A stretch of 46,570 nt of DNA. It comes from a virus. Lineage: Duplodnaviria; Caudoviricetes. The DNA lies in the IMG/VR virus record IMGVR_UViG_3300049139_000140, positions 1 through 46,570 of that record; one strand, 5' to 3'. Positions 7,432 to 16,617 of this stretch are shown here, one piece after another (position 1 is the first letter of the stretch; each line of letters opens with the position of its first letter). The notes beneath the pieces are model-generated. The model was not told the DNA's origin. It did not search any database and was given only the letters and a program-made list of their open reading frames with translations. Position numbers and translations under genes: made by a program.

Positions 7432-8381
7432 AGGTACTGATCACGGGTGGCAGCGGCTTCATAGCCTCGTGGATCCGTAAGGAGCTCCTGGCGCGCGGCC
7501 ACCAGGTCATCGTCTTCGACCACCAGGACCGCCGCCAGCAGCTGGCCGAGGGTGAGGAGTTCTTCCTCGGCGACGTCCGCGACGCCACCGCCGTCACCGA
7601 AGCCGCCGCCCACGTCGACGGGCTCATTCACCTCGCCGCCGTCCTCGGCACGCAGGAGACGATCAGCAACCCGCGGCCGTCCGCCGAGACGAACGTCCTC
7701 GGCAGCCTGAACGTCTTCGAAGCCGCCACCCAGTACCGGCTTCCCGCCGTCTACGCCGGGGTCGGCAACCACGCCATGCGGCTCCAGGGGACGGGCTGCT
7801 ACACGATCACCAAGTCGGCGGCCGAAGACCTCGCCCGCATGTACAACCTGTACCGCGACGGCGGCCAGATCACCATCGTCCGCCCCGTCAACGCCTACGG
7901 CCCCGGGCAGTCCATCGCCGCGCCCTACGGCACCTCGAAGGTACGCAAGATCCTCCCCTCGCTGAGCTGCCGCGCCCTCGTCGGCGCCCCCATCGAGGTG
8001 TACGGAGACGGCACCCAGATCAGCGACTGCGTGTACGTCGCCGACGTCGCCCGCACCTTCGTCCAGGCACTCGAGCACACCGCCGCCCACGGGCCCACCG
8101 AGAAGCCCGTCGAATGCGGCCCCCTCGAATCCCTCACCGTCAACGGCATCGCCCGCCTCGTCGCCGAGGAAGCCACCCGCTACACCGGCCGTGAGCCCGT
8201 CGCCATCAAGCACCTGCCCATGCGGCCCGGCGAGGTCCCCAACGCGGTCGTGTCCGCCGACACGTCGACGCTCCAGCAGATCGGCATGACCGCCGCCGAC
8301 TTCGTTCCCCTCGACGAGGGCATCCACCACACCGTCCGCTACTACGCCGAGCAGTGGCTCCCCAACTACCTGGCGGCCTGA
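7428..8381 (+). CDS. NAD-dependent NDP-sugar epimerase/dehydratase (extended SDR)
   Basis: MKVLITGGSGFIA, GDVRD, IHLAA, TNVLGSLNVFEAA, YTITK, RPVNAYGPGQ, VYGDGTQISDCVYVADV, RPGE; AGGAG RBS. Confidence 0.92.
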   Translation: MKVLITGGSGFIASWIRKELLARGHQVIVFDHQDRRQQLAEGEEFFLGDVRDATAVTEAAAHVDGLIHLAAVLGTQETISNPRPSAETNVLGSLNVFEAATQYRLPAVYAGVGNHAMRLQGTGCYTITKSAAEDLARMYNLYRDGGQITIVRPVNAYGPGQSIAAPYGTSKVRKILPSLSCRALVGAPIEVYGDGTQISDCVYVADVARTFVQALEHTAAHGPTEKPVECGPLESLTVNGIARLVAEEATRYTGREPVAIKHLPMRPGEVPNAVVSADTSTLQQIGMTAADFVPLDEGIHHTVRYYAEQWLPNYLAA

Positions 8382-8382
8382 C

Positions 8383-9396
8383 GTGCGGTGCCACTTCTGG
8401 GCTGCCGACTCGGCAGGATCCTCGTACTACCGGGCACTCCTGCCCGGCACGAGCTTGCAGTGGCTCGGGCACGCCGTGTCCGCCGGCATGCAGCTGCCTG
8501 CGGACTGGGGAGACCTGGACGTCATCGTCGGCTGCCGCGTCGCGAAGCCGCATCCATCGCGGATGTGGCGGCACCTGAAGGAGGAGGGGACGCGGCTCGT
8601 CCTCGACTTGGATGACGACTACTTCCACCTCGACCCCAGCAACCCGGCTGCCGGCCGCACCTGGGATCCGTCGATGCTGCAGCGCCTCGCCGACAACATG
8701 GCGATGTCGGACCTTGTCACCTGCTGCTCCGAGCCGCTCGCCCGCGTGCTCCGTGACTACGCGGCTGACGTCCGGGTCATCCCGAACGGCCTGCCTGCGC
8801 AGTATCTGGGTGCCCCGCGCGACTACGCCGCAGCCGGCCGCCCGCTGACGGTCGGCTGGGCCGGCACGTCATCGACGGTTGCCGAACTGCCTGAGGCGGT
8901 GCGCGCCCTGAACCGCATCTCCCGGTACCCACGCCCGGGTGGCGGGATGCAAGCCCGGCTCGTCGGGATCGGCCCCGAGCAGGCAATCACCCTCGGGCTA
9001 CGTGGGGGCCGTATCGGCGCGCTGGGCTGGGTACCGAACGTCGAGCACTACCTCCAGGCCGTCAGCGAGTGGGACATCTGGGTGGCGCCGTACCGGGATA
9101 CGGCGTTCAACCGGGCGAAGTTCCCGACGAAGTGGCTGGAGTCGTCGATCCTCGGTATCCCGCTGATCGCCTCTGACGTTGAGCCGTACAGGGCTGTGAT
9201 CCAGCATGGGGAGAACGGGTTCCTCGTCCGGCGGGAGCACGAGTGGGGCCGCTACCTGAAGCAGCTGGCAGACGATCCGGAGTTGCGGCAGCGGATCGGG
9301 ATGACGGCCCGCGGGGAAGCTTCCGGCTCGATCATGCAGGCTCTGCACGTGCAGTGGGAGGCGGCACTGCGGGCGTCGGCCGAGGTGACCGCGTGA
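8383..9396 (+). CDS. Glycosyltransferase, GT-B fold (GT4-like)
   Basis: GSSYYR..P, VLDLDDD, VIPNGLP, VGWAGT, DIWVAPYRDTAFNRAKFPTKWLE..ILGIPLIASDV.PY, HGENGFLV. Confidence 0.88.
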   Translation: MRCHFWAADSAGSSYYRALLPGTSLQWLGHAVSAGMQLPADWGDLDVIVGCRVAKPHPSRMWRHLKEEGTRLVLDLDDDYFHLDPSNPAAGRTWDPSMLQRLADNMAMSDLVTCCSEPLARVLRDYAADVRVIPNGLPAQYLGAPRDYAAAGRPLTVGWAGTSSTVAELPEAVRALNRISRYPRPGGGMQARLVGIGPEQAITLGLRGGRIGALGWVPNVEHYLQAVSEWDIWVAPYRDTAFNRAKFPTKWLESSILGIPLIASDVEPYRAVIQHGENGFLVRREHEWGRYLKQLADDPELRQRIGMTARGEASGSIMQALHVQWEAALRASAEVTA

Positions 9397-10250
9397 AGAT
9401 CCTCGTCACCGGGTCAGCCGGGTTCATCGGCAGTCACCTGCTGTGCCGCCTTGAAACCCGCGGTCACACCGTCACCGCGATGGACAAGCGGCACGGCCAG
9501 TCCACCGCCCGCCTTGACCTTCTTCACCAGACGGTCGCGGCCAGCGAGCCGGAGGTGATCGTGCACCTCGGTGCGTCCTGCTCCACCGCGGTGTCCCTTG
9601 TCGACCCGGCCGCCGACTTCCACGACAACGCCGTCGGTACGTTCAACGTCGCCGAGGCGGCCCGTGCTGGCGGCGGTATCCCCGTCCTGTTCACGTCCAG
9701 CGTGAAGGTCCACCCCGGCGCCGACGGGAAGGTCGCGCCGCTCGGGCTGTCGAAGCGAGTCGGCGAGGACTACCTGCGCCTGTACGGCAGCCTGTACGGG
9801 CTTCCCCACGTCATCGTCCGGCCGTCCACCGTGTACGGGCCGGGTCAGGACGGCAGCGCCGAAGCGGGTTGGGTGACCTGGTTTCTGCGTGCAGTCCTCG
9901 AGGGCCGCCAGATCACCATCCACGGGGACGGAACGCAGTCCCGGGACATCCTCTACATCGACGACTTCACGGCGCTGCTCGTCGACATCGCCGAAAACTT
10001 CGACGCCTACCAGGGCCGCACCTACGACGTCGGCGGTGGTCCCGACAATGAGGTCAGCCTGAACGCCCTGCTCGACATCCTGTACGGCCCCGAGGTGCAG
10101 CAGGTTGCCTACGCCAAGCGGCTTCCCGGTGATCTCCACAGGGTCGTCACCGACAACGCCCAGGTGGCCGCCGTGCGCGGGTGGCAGCCGACCGTGGACT
10201 GGGAGAACGGCATGCGCGCCACCCTCGACTGGCTGCGGGGGCGGCGGTGA
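9393..10250 (+). CDS. NAD-dependent NDP-sugar epimerase, CDP-paratose/tyvelose 2-epimerase (RfbE)-like, catalytic Tyr replaced
   Basis: KILVTGSAGFIGSHL, SLVDPAADFHDN, FTSSVKV, GWVTWF, HGDGTQSRDILY, GGGPDNEVSL; the YxxxK position reads PLGLSK. Confidence 0.85.
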   Translation: MKILVTGSAGFIGSHLLCRLETRGHTVTAMDKRHGQSTARLDLLHQTVAASEPEVIVHLGASCSTAVSLVDPAADFHDNAVGTFNVAEAARAGGGIPVLFTSSVKVHPGADGKVAPLGLSKRVGEDYLRLYGSLYGLPHVIVRPSTVYGPGQDGSAEAGWVTWFLRAVLEGRQITIHGDGTQSRDILYIDDFTALLVDIAENFDAYQGRTYDVGGGPDNEVSLNALLDILYGPEVQQVAYAKRLPGDLHRVVTDNAQVAAVRGWQPTVDWENGMRATLDWLRGRR

Positions 10251-10999
10251 AGGCCGGCGTCATCATCCCTGCCCGAAACGCGGAGCCGTGGATCGGCGAG
10301 ATGCTCGCCTCGGTCCAGGCGCAGACGTATCCCGCGCACGCCTACATCGCCGAGGACCGCTCCACCGACGGCACCCACGAGTGGCTACGCGAACACTCCG
10401 AACTGTGGTCTGGCATGCGGCGGAACCGTAAGCGGCTCGGCTGGGCCGGCAGCCTCAACGCTGCCGCGCGGCTGGCACTCGGCGACGGCTGCGACGCACT
10501 GTTCACCGCGTCCGCGGACGACCGCCTGCACCCCGACTGCATCGCCCGCTGCGTCGCCGTCCTCAATGCGGGCCACGACTTCGTGATCCCGTTCGCGCAG
10601 CAGTTCGGCGAGGCCGACACTGTCCAAGCCAGCCTGCCGGACGCCGGGTTGGACGACCTCGTGCGGTGGCCGCCGCTCATCGACAAAGGCCTGTTCCGGC
10701 GGGAGACGTGGGAGGTCGTGGGCGGCTACAGCCCGAAGGCCACCCTGCCCGGCTCCTACGGGTGTGCGGAGGACTGGGAGTTCTGGATCCGCATCTGGAA
10801 GGCCGGGCTCACCCAGTATGCGGTGATCGAGCAGCCGCTGTACTTCGTGCGCGTCCACCCCGGCCAGCTGTCCAACACGCGCGGCGAGTCGCACGCGGCG
10901 ACCGTCGCCCTGTTCCGCAAGCTGCACCCCGACCTGCCGTGGACCGACGCTTCCGGCGTCTGGCCGCCCCGGCATCGAACCGCAAGGAGACCCGCATGA
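10247..10999 (+). CDS. Glycosyltransferase family 2 (GT-A)
   Basis: VIIPARNAEPWIGEMLASVQAQT, EDRSTDGT, G.AGSLN, ASADD (DxD-equivalent), VGGY, EDWEFWIR. Confidence 0.9.
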   Translation: MKAGVIIPARNAEPWIGEMLASVQAQTYPAHAYIAEDRSTDGTHEWLREHSELWSGMRRNRKRLGWAGSLNAAARLALGDGCDALFTASADDRLHPDCIARCVAVLNAGHDFVIPFAQQFGEADTVQASLPDAGLDDLVRWPPLIDKGLFRRETWEVVGGYSPKATLPGSYGCAEDWEFWIRIWKAGLTQYAVIEQPLYFVRVHPGQLSNTRGESHAATVALFRKLHPDLPWTDASGVWPPRHRTARRPA

Positions 11000-11859
11000 T
11001 CGACGGTAAGAAGGTCACGGCCTGGACGCCCTACGGCCGGCGTCGGACGTACAGCATCCTGATCAAGTACCTGCAGCGGGACGTCGAGCGGGGCCTGGTC
11101 GACGAGGTGTGGGCGTTCATGAACACGGACAAGACGGGCCAGGAAGACGACGTCGCCTACGCGCACGAGCTCGCCGAGCGGTTCCCGTGGTTCAAGCTCG
11201 TCTACCGGCCGGAGGGAATCCCCCGGCATCCGGGCCCGAAGCAGCGCAACACCGGCTACGCGTACCGATACATGACCGACCTCGACACGATCTACCTGCG
11301 GTTCGACGACGACGTCGTGTACGTCCACGACGACGCGATCACCCACCTCGCCCAAGCCCGGATCGAGATGCCCGCCCCGACCGCGGTGTTCCCGGTCATC
11401 TTCAACAACGCGATCTGCTCGCACTTCCTGCAGGCGTGCGGTCGGGTCCCGATGGAGTGGGGCGAGGTCAAGCCGTACTGCATGGACCCCACCGGCTGGG
11501 CGAACGGCCCGTTCGCTGTGCGGCTGCACGAACTGCTCCTCGATCACATCGAAGCTGGGACCGTCGAAGACCTGTACCTGTACCAGGACTTCCCGATCCA
11601 GCCCGGCACCCAGTTCTCCGTCAGCTGTTTCGCGAGCCTCGGCAGCATGTACGCCGACCTGCCGCAGCCGGGCGTCCTGGTGCCGGATGAGGAGGAGTCC
11701 TGGCACACGATCCACCGGCCGCTCGCTACGGGCGCCCCGAACATCCTCCGCGGGAACGCGATCGTGTCGCACTGGAGCTTCTTTCCGCAGCACCCATTCC
11801 TCAACAACACGGGCCTTCTGGACCGGTACCGGGAGCTCGCAGACAAGGCGGTGTCCTGA
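10996..11859 (+). CDS. Putative GT-A-fold glycosyltransferase
   Basis: TPYGRRRTYSILIKYL N-terminus, TIYLRFDDDVVYV DxD motif, DEE and SHWSFFPQ C-terminal motifs; AAGGAG RBS. Confidence 0.65.
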   Translation: MIDGKKVTAWTPYGRRRTYSILIKYLQRDVERGLVDEVWAFMNTDKTGQEDDVAYAHELAERFPWFKLVYRPEGIPRHPGPKQRNTGYAYRYMTDLDTIYLRFDDDVVYVHDDAITHLAQARIEMPAPTAVFPVIFNNAICSHFLQACGRVPMEWGEVKPYCMDPTGWANGPFAVRLHELLLDHIEAGTVEDLYLYQDFPIQPGTQFSVSCFASLGSMYADLPQPGVLVPDEEESWHTIHRPLATGAPNILRGNAIVSHWSFFPQHPFLNNTGLLDRYRELADKAVS

Positions 11860-12062
11860 TGGTCCAGAAGATCAGTGTTGAGGACGCGTTCCCCACGTTC
11901 CGGAAGCGGTGCGGTGAACTCTTCGAGGAGAACCTGATCCTCCGCGCCACGGTCGACGTCCTGGAGCGGCGCATCGGCGAGCTCGAGGCCGCCGCCCAGC
12001 CGGCCGCGGGCGATGCCTCATCGCCCGAGCCGACGCCCTATCTGCCTGATGATTCGGCCTAG
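11859..12062 (+). CDS. Small coiled-coil protein, last gene of glycosylation operon
   Basis: ELFEENLILRATVDVLERRIGELE heptads; TGATG overlap. Confidence 0.6.
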   Translation: MVQKISVEDAFPTFRKRCGELFEENLILRATVDVLERRIGELEAAAQPAAGDASSPEPTPYLPDDSA

Positions 12063-12073
12063 GCCAGCGTCCC

Positions 12074-12298
12074 CTACGGCAGCTCCATCGCCGCCTCCGT
12101 CATGGTGATTTTGGTGGTGTAGACGGGTGCCCCGGTGATCTCGCCTAGTGCAGTGACGAGCTGCGCGGCGAGTGCGTCGGCCCCCTCGTCGCCGATCAGT
12201 TCGGCGTCCCGCCCGACAGCGAGCGTGAGTTGGGCCGTGTTGGAGTCGGTGGATGAGGTGAGGATGTACGCAGGGTAGGCCATCTGCGGCAATGCCAT
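12074..12298 (-). CDS. Small hypothetical protein (possible tail fibre-associated)
   Basis: MALPQMAYPAY...; AAGGAG RBS directly after the tail fibre gene. Confidence 0.6.
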   Translation of the reverse strand: MALPQMAYPAYILTSSTDSNTAQLTLAVGRDAELIGDEGADALAAQLVTALGEITGAPVYTTKITMTEAAMELP

Positions 12299-12309
12299 AC
12301 GGGATCTCC

Positions 12310-13209
12310 TTAACCGATCTTCTCTGCGATGAGGAACGAGCCGGCCGCGATCGTGCTGGCCGTGGCGCTGACCGCCTGCTGCGCCCACTGGAGGACGAAG
12401 GTCCCTGCCGTCGTCGTTGTCACCACGCCCTGCTCGACGGCGTGCACGAAGTTCGCTGCGTCGTTGACGCCATAGTTGACGGTGGCCGTGAACGCGTGAA
12501 CTCCGTAGCGCATGGTGGCGGCCACTCCGTCTCGGGCGGTGGAATCGGACCCAGGGCCCATGCAGTTCTTGAAGCCGGTCGCCGAGGCGGGCACCGTCCA
12601 CGACGTCTTTATCTCGCCCGCCGTGACGCCTGCGATGAGGAGCACCATGTAGATGCGGTAGACGCTGTTCGCGTCGAGGGTGACGGTCAGCTGGTCGTCG
12701 TTCTGTAGCGTCACTGAGCTGGTGACGGTCTCGTTGGCGGTCTTCACCGCGCGCAGTCGCTGGCCGATCCCGGACACGGTGAGCGCGCCGGTCACGGCGA
12801 GGCTGCTGCTGGCGGTGAGGGCTCCGTCGACGATCAGAGCGTCGTTGGTGCGCAGCACGTTGGCGGCGTTGCGGAACAGGTTGACGTCCGCGCCGATCGT
12901 CAGCTGGGCGCTGGATGCCAGCTTAAGGGTGGAGCCGAACGTGCCGCTGGAGTTGGGAATCTCCACCCAGGATGCGCTCGCCGGGGCGGTGCCGTTGGAG
13001 AAGTACGTCCGATAGGTGGTGTCCGACTCGGCGATCGGCTTGCCCGGGTACGGCGACGACGGCCGGGTGGACGAGGTGACGATCTGGAAGCCGGCCGCCG
13101 CATCGATCTTGTCGAGGTTCTGGCCGATGTCCTGCGTGTAGGAGACGTCCTCAGAGCCGTCCGGCAGCGACTTGTACAAGCCGAGGCGTGTCGTGGGCGT
13201 GTCAGGCAC
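12310..13209 (-). CDS. Minor tail / tail fibre protein
   Basis: PDTPTTRLGLYK...QNLDKIDAA, TSSTRPSSPYPG, KTANETVTSSVTLQNDDQL, GTFVLQWAQ; Ser/Thr-rich; end of tail operon. Confidence 0.75.
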   Translation of the reverse strand: MPDTPTTRLGLYKSLPDGSEDVSYTQDIGQNLDKIDAAAGFQIVTSSTRPSSPYPGKPIAESDTTYRTYFSNGTAPASASWVEIPNSSGTFGSTLKLASSAQLTIGADVNLFRNAANVLRTNDALIVDGALTASSSLAVTGALTVSGIGQRLRAVKTANETVTSSVTLQNDDQLTVTLDANSVYRIYMVLLIAGVTAGEIKTSWTVPASATGFKNCMGPGSDSTARDGVAATMRYGVHAFTATVNYGVNDAANFVHAVEQGVVTTTTAGTFVLQWAQQAVSATASTIAAGSFLIAEKIG

Positions 13210-13738
13210 GAGGAGGCTCCTCACGGTCGGGCACCGTCACGGGGAGGCCCCCGTACAGCTTGGTCCAGCGGTGGATGTCCACGGCCTCACGCTTGGCGCG
13301 GACCCGTTCAGGGTCCATGCCGTGGTTCTGGTGGATGTGGGGCAGTAGCCCATCAGGGTCTGTGATCCACACGGACTGTGCTTTCACTGCTGCGATCCGG
13401 CTGCGGTGAGCATCCCGGGCGGCGGAAGTCGAGGGCGCTTCGTGCAGGGTGGGCCCGTGCGGATCCGCCTTCGCCGCAGCGCGGGTCGCGTTCGCGGCTT
13501 TCACGGAGGGCGGCAGGGCGGGCGGGGTGGTGTCCTGGTAGGGCTCGTGGAGGAGCACGTCCAGGATTTCGGCGGGGTCCGTCAGTCCGTATTCGGCGGC
13601 CCTCCACTCGAAGGCGGCCTGGGGGAAGGTGTGTTGCCAGCGGACGCCGCCTGGCCTGAGGGTGATGACGCTCCAGCCTTCGACGCCGGGGCTGATCTCG
13701 CCCGCCAGTACGTCAATGATTTTGTGCTCGTCAGGCAT
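13202..13738 (-). CDS. Hypothetical tail-region protein
   Basis: MPDEHKIIDV...FEWRAAEYGLTDPAEILDVLLHEP; GGAGG RBS. Confidence 0.65.
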   Translation of the reverse strand: MPDEHKIIDVLAGEISPGVEGWSVITLRPGGVRWQHTFPQAAFEWRAAEYGLTDPAEILDVLLHEPYQDTTPPALPPSVKAANATRAAAKADPHGPTLHEAPSTSAARDAHRSRIAAVKAQSVWITDPDGLLPHIHQNHGMDPERVRAKREAVDIHRWTKLYGGLPVTVPDREEPPRA

Positions 13739-13740
13739 TG

Positions 13741-16614
13741 TCACATCCTCCAGCACCAGAATTGGACGGCAGAAGCGCCAGTGGTTGTGATGGCGAAATC
13801 GAGAACAGCGCTCGTCGTTGACGGGGTCGCGCTCTCGTACACGTAGTTGGCAGGGCTGTCGCGGAGCATTGCCACCGGGTACATGGGGCTGTCCAGGGTC
13901 GCTCCCCAGGAAATAGTCATTCCCGCGATTGCTGAGGCGTTGACGATGCTTCCGGTGAATAGCCCTTCGGTGCTGCTGACGGCTGCATAGTTGGCCCACT
14001 TCCCGATGTGGCGAGTGCGCCCGCTCTCGAACTGCATGTAGTTGGCGGTGCTGCTGGTGCCGTCGTCCCAGCCGATGGTGGCGTTTGAGGAGGTGGCGCG
14101 GAACTGGCCGCCGTCAGTGCCGGTCGCGTGGTAGCCGGAGTGGAACAGGGAGCTGGTGTACCGGCTGTAGCCGCCGTGCCGCAACTGGGTATCCCCGCGG
14201 ACTACACCGAACTCGCTGGTTCCCGTTCCGAGAATGGCGCGCGCGTAGACGGAAGTGCCGGAGGCGTCGAACACGCTGCTGTTGATGCCGATGAGGGATT
14301 CCGCGCCAGTCCCGAAGCCGTTGATAAATCCGTAGTCGCTGCCCGAGTCGGCATAGAACCGGATTTCCGGGAGGAGTGTCACGCCCGGGTTGATTTCCAG
14401 GCGGCGGCCGGTCGTTCCGGAGACGAGCTGACCGAGGATGGCTACGGATCCGTCTGCCGAGTTGATGCTGACGGTCTGGGTGCCGCCCTCGTTGTAGGCC
14501 TGCAGGCCGGCCTCGTTGAGTTCGACGCGTGCGCCGGTGGTGGCTGTGCGGATGGACGCGCCGAGGAGCCAGTCCGAGCTGATGATCCCGGCGCTGACCT
14601 TGGTGACGGTCAGATCGGAGATGTGGGCGTCGTCGATCAGGAGGGCGGTCGCGGAGGCGGCATCGGACGGGCCGCTCTTGTTGCCGGTCTTGTCGACGGC
14701 GACGACGCGCACGTAGCGGGTCGTGATCTCTTCGACCTGCACTGTTGCCACAGCGGGGATCTGCGCTTGGATCATCCCTGCTGTGGCGTTGACCTTGCCC
14801 TTCAGGGTCGTGTCGTCGGGGGTGAAGCCCGGCTCGTAGGAGACGTGGATCTCCAGGTGCTGGAGGTCCGACTCCAGGTTGAAGGTGCCGCCCGACGACT
14901 TGGCCAGCTGGTGCGTGATCTGCAGCGCGATGCGGCTGCCCGCCACCTCCGGCGCCGCCGGCGTGGACGGGGGGATGTTGTCCTCGGATGCCACAAACGT
15001 CGCGGTGTTGGACCAGGCCCCCGTATTGCCGGCCTTGTCGACCGCCCTGATCTGCACGTCGTAGCCGACGCCCGGACTGAGGTCGTTGAGCTGTGCGGTC
15101 GACTCGCCCCAGGCGACGAACATCGTCTGCCATTCGCCGGTGGGGGCGACGAACGGCTGCGACCACGTCTCCATGTCGGCCCAGGAGATCTGCGAGACCT
15201 GCGACCAGGTGGCCGGGTAGATGAGGTCGGCGTCGACCGCGTACCGGATCTCGTAGTGGTCGCCGTCGAGGATCGTTGAGCCGTCGACGTTGAGGGGTGC
15301 GTTCCAGGCGAGGATGATGCGGGCTCGGGTGTAGCCGCGGGAGTCGAGGTAGGCGGAGCCGATGAACGGGGTGATGAGCGTCGGCTGGCCAGGGATCGAG
15401 GTGTCCTGGCTGGGGCGTGAGCCGACCGGCTGGCTGCCGGATCCCTCGAGGGCGCGGGCGAAGCCGCCGACGGTGACGTAGACGGTGTGGGAGCTGTCCC
15501 ATTCGACGTGGTCGGTGAGGTCGTACCAGGTGCCGTCGGCGGCCCGGTAGGCGACCGTGTACCCCTCGGTGATCGGCCACTTCGCTTCTGTGACCTGCAG
15601 TTTGATTGGGTTGAGGCGTTCACCGCGGAACGTGATCTCTTCATCGGGGTCGACGAGACCGGCGTTGGGATCCCACACCCACACGTAGTCGCCGACGTTG
15701 AAGGATCCCTCGATGTAGAAGTTGTCGGTCTCGACGACCAGCTCGTCCTGCGAGGCGGTGTATTGCTCGAGGAGGAGTGCGGCCCGGGTGTCGGCGAGCG
15801 TGACGCCTGTATCCGACTCCGATGCCAGCCTGGTCAGCTTCAGCGAGCCGCCGTGGATGTTCTTGTACGGGTTCAGGCCCGGGGAGATGTCGGCGGTGCC
15901 GGTGGCGATCGACTCGCCTGCCCCTTCGGCGAGGAGGACGACGCGGGTGGTGAAGTCCTCCATGTCGCGGGATACGCCGAACGCGCCCGGCACCGACTCG
16001 ATTCCGGACGTGTCCTTGCCCGCGGTCTTGCGCGAGATCACGCAGCGGGGGTCGGTGACGAAAAGATCCGTCTCGAAGCCGGCGTCCAGGGTGCCGTCTC
16101 CGTTGACGCGCCAGTTGACCTTCTGGCCGGTGGAGGCGGAGAACGTCTCGCAAACGTAGGTGATGGCCTTGCGGGGCGTCTCGTACTGGTGCCGGCCCGA
16201 ATAGGTGCCGGGTACCGAGTGGATCGTGCCTGCGGTCACCGCGCCTGAGGCGGGCAGTAGCGAGGTGACGGCCGTGGCGAAGGTGGCGGAGGCGGGGCTG
16301 ACGGCGTTTTCGTAGAGGTCGCCTTTGTCTTCGTCGTCGCCGAGCCACATGGCCATGCCGACGCCGCCGAGCTCGTAGCCCTGCTCGATGACCTTGGTGC
16401 GGCGGTCGTCGCCGGAGTTGTCGCGCTTGCGGACCACGCCGACGTAGCGGGCCGCGTCCAGCAGGCTGTCGCCGTACTGGGCCGGGTCGAGGCGGCCGGG
16501 GATGAACGCGACGTGCCCGAAGAAGTCGATCGCGTCCCACAGGTCGGGCGGGGCCGTCGGCTTGAGCGTGATGTCCCAGGAGCCGAGGGCGTTGAGGACG
16601 TCATTGACCGGCAT
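13741..16614 (-). CDS. Large minor tail protein (tail tip/central fibre) with fibronectin type III domains
   Basis: 957 aa; LSPGVGYDVQIRAVDKAGNTGAWS and YVRVVAVDKTGNKSGPS FN3 motifs; second gene after tape measure. Confidence 0.85.
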   Translation of the reverse strand: MPVNDVLNALGSWDITLKPTAPPDLWDAIDFFGHVAFIPGRLDPAQYGDSLLDAARYVGVVRKRDNSGDDRRTKVIEQGYELGGVGMAMWLGDDEDKGDLYENAVSPASATFATAVTSLLPASGAVTAGTIHSVPGTYSGRHQYETPRKAITYVCETFSASTGQKVNWRVNGDGTLDAGFETDLFVTDPRCVISRKTAGKDTSGIESVPGAFGVSRDMEDFTTRVVLLAEGAGESIATGTADISPGLNPYKNIHGGSLKLTRLASESDTGVTLADTRAALLLEQYTASQDELVVETDNFYIEGSFNVGDYVWVWDPNAGLVDPDEEITFRGERLNPIKLQVTEAKWPITEGYTVAYRAADGTWYDLTDHVEWDSSHTVYVTVGGFARALEGSGSQPVGSRPSQDTSIPGQPTLITPFIGSAYLDSRGYTRARIILAWNAPLNVDGSTILDGDHYEIRYAVDADLIYPATWSQVSQISWADMETWSQPFVAPTGEWQTMFVAWGESTAQLNDLSPGVGYDVQIRAVDKAGNTGAWSNTATFVASEDNIPPSTPAAPEVAGSRIALQITHQLAKSSGGTFNLESDLQHLEIHVSYEPGFTPDDTTLKGKVNATAGMIQAQIPAVATVQVEEITTRYVRVVAVDKTGNKSGPSDAASATALLIDDAHISDLTVTKVSAGIISSDWLLGASIRTATTGARVELNEAGLQAYNEGGTQTVSINSADGSVAILGQLVSGTTGRRLEINPGVTLLPEIRFYADSGSDYGFINGFGTGAESLIGINSSVFDASGTSVYARAILGTGTSEFGVVRGDTQLRHGGYSRYTSSLFHSGYHATGTDGGQFRATSSNATIGWDDGTSSTANYMQFESGRTRHIGKWANYAAVSSTEGLFTGSIVNASAIAGMTISWGATLDSPMYPVAMLRDSPANYVYESATPSTTSAVLDFAITTTGASAVQFWCWRM

Positions 16615-16617
16615 ACT

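Noticed and set aside
7428-11859. DNA hypermodification (T4-like base glycosylation) as the main interpretation
   Set aside because: No hydroxymethylase, TET/JBP or nucleotide-modifying gene in the window and the operon sits among late genes; kept only as an alternative
12310-16614. Diversity-generating retroelement or invertible tail-fibre cassette
   Set aside because: No reverse transcriptase, template/variable repeat pair or invertase with inverted sites seen
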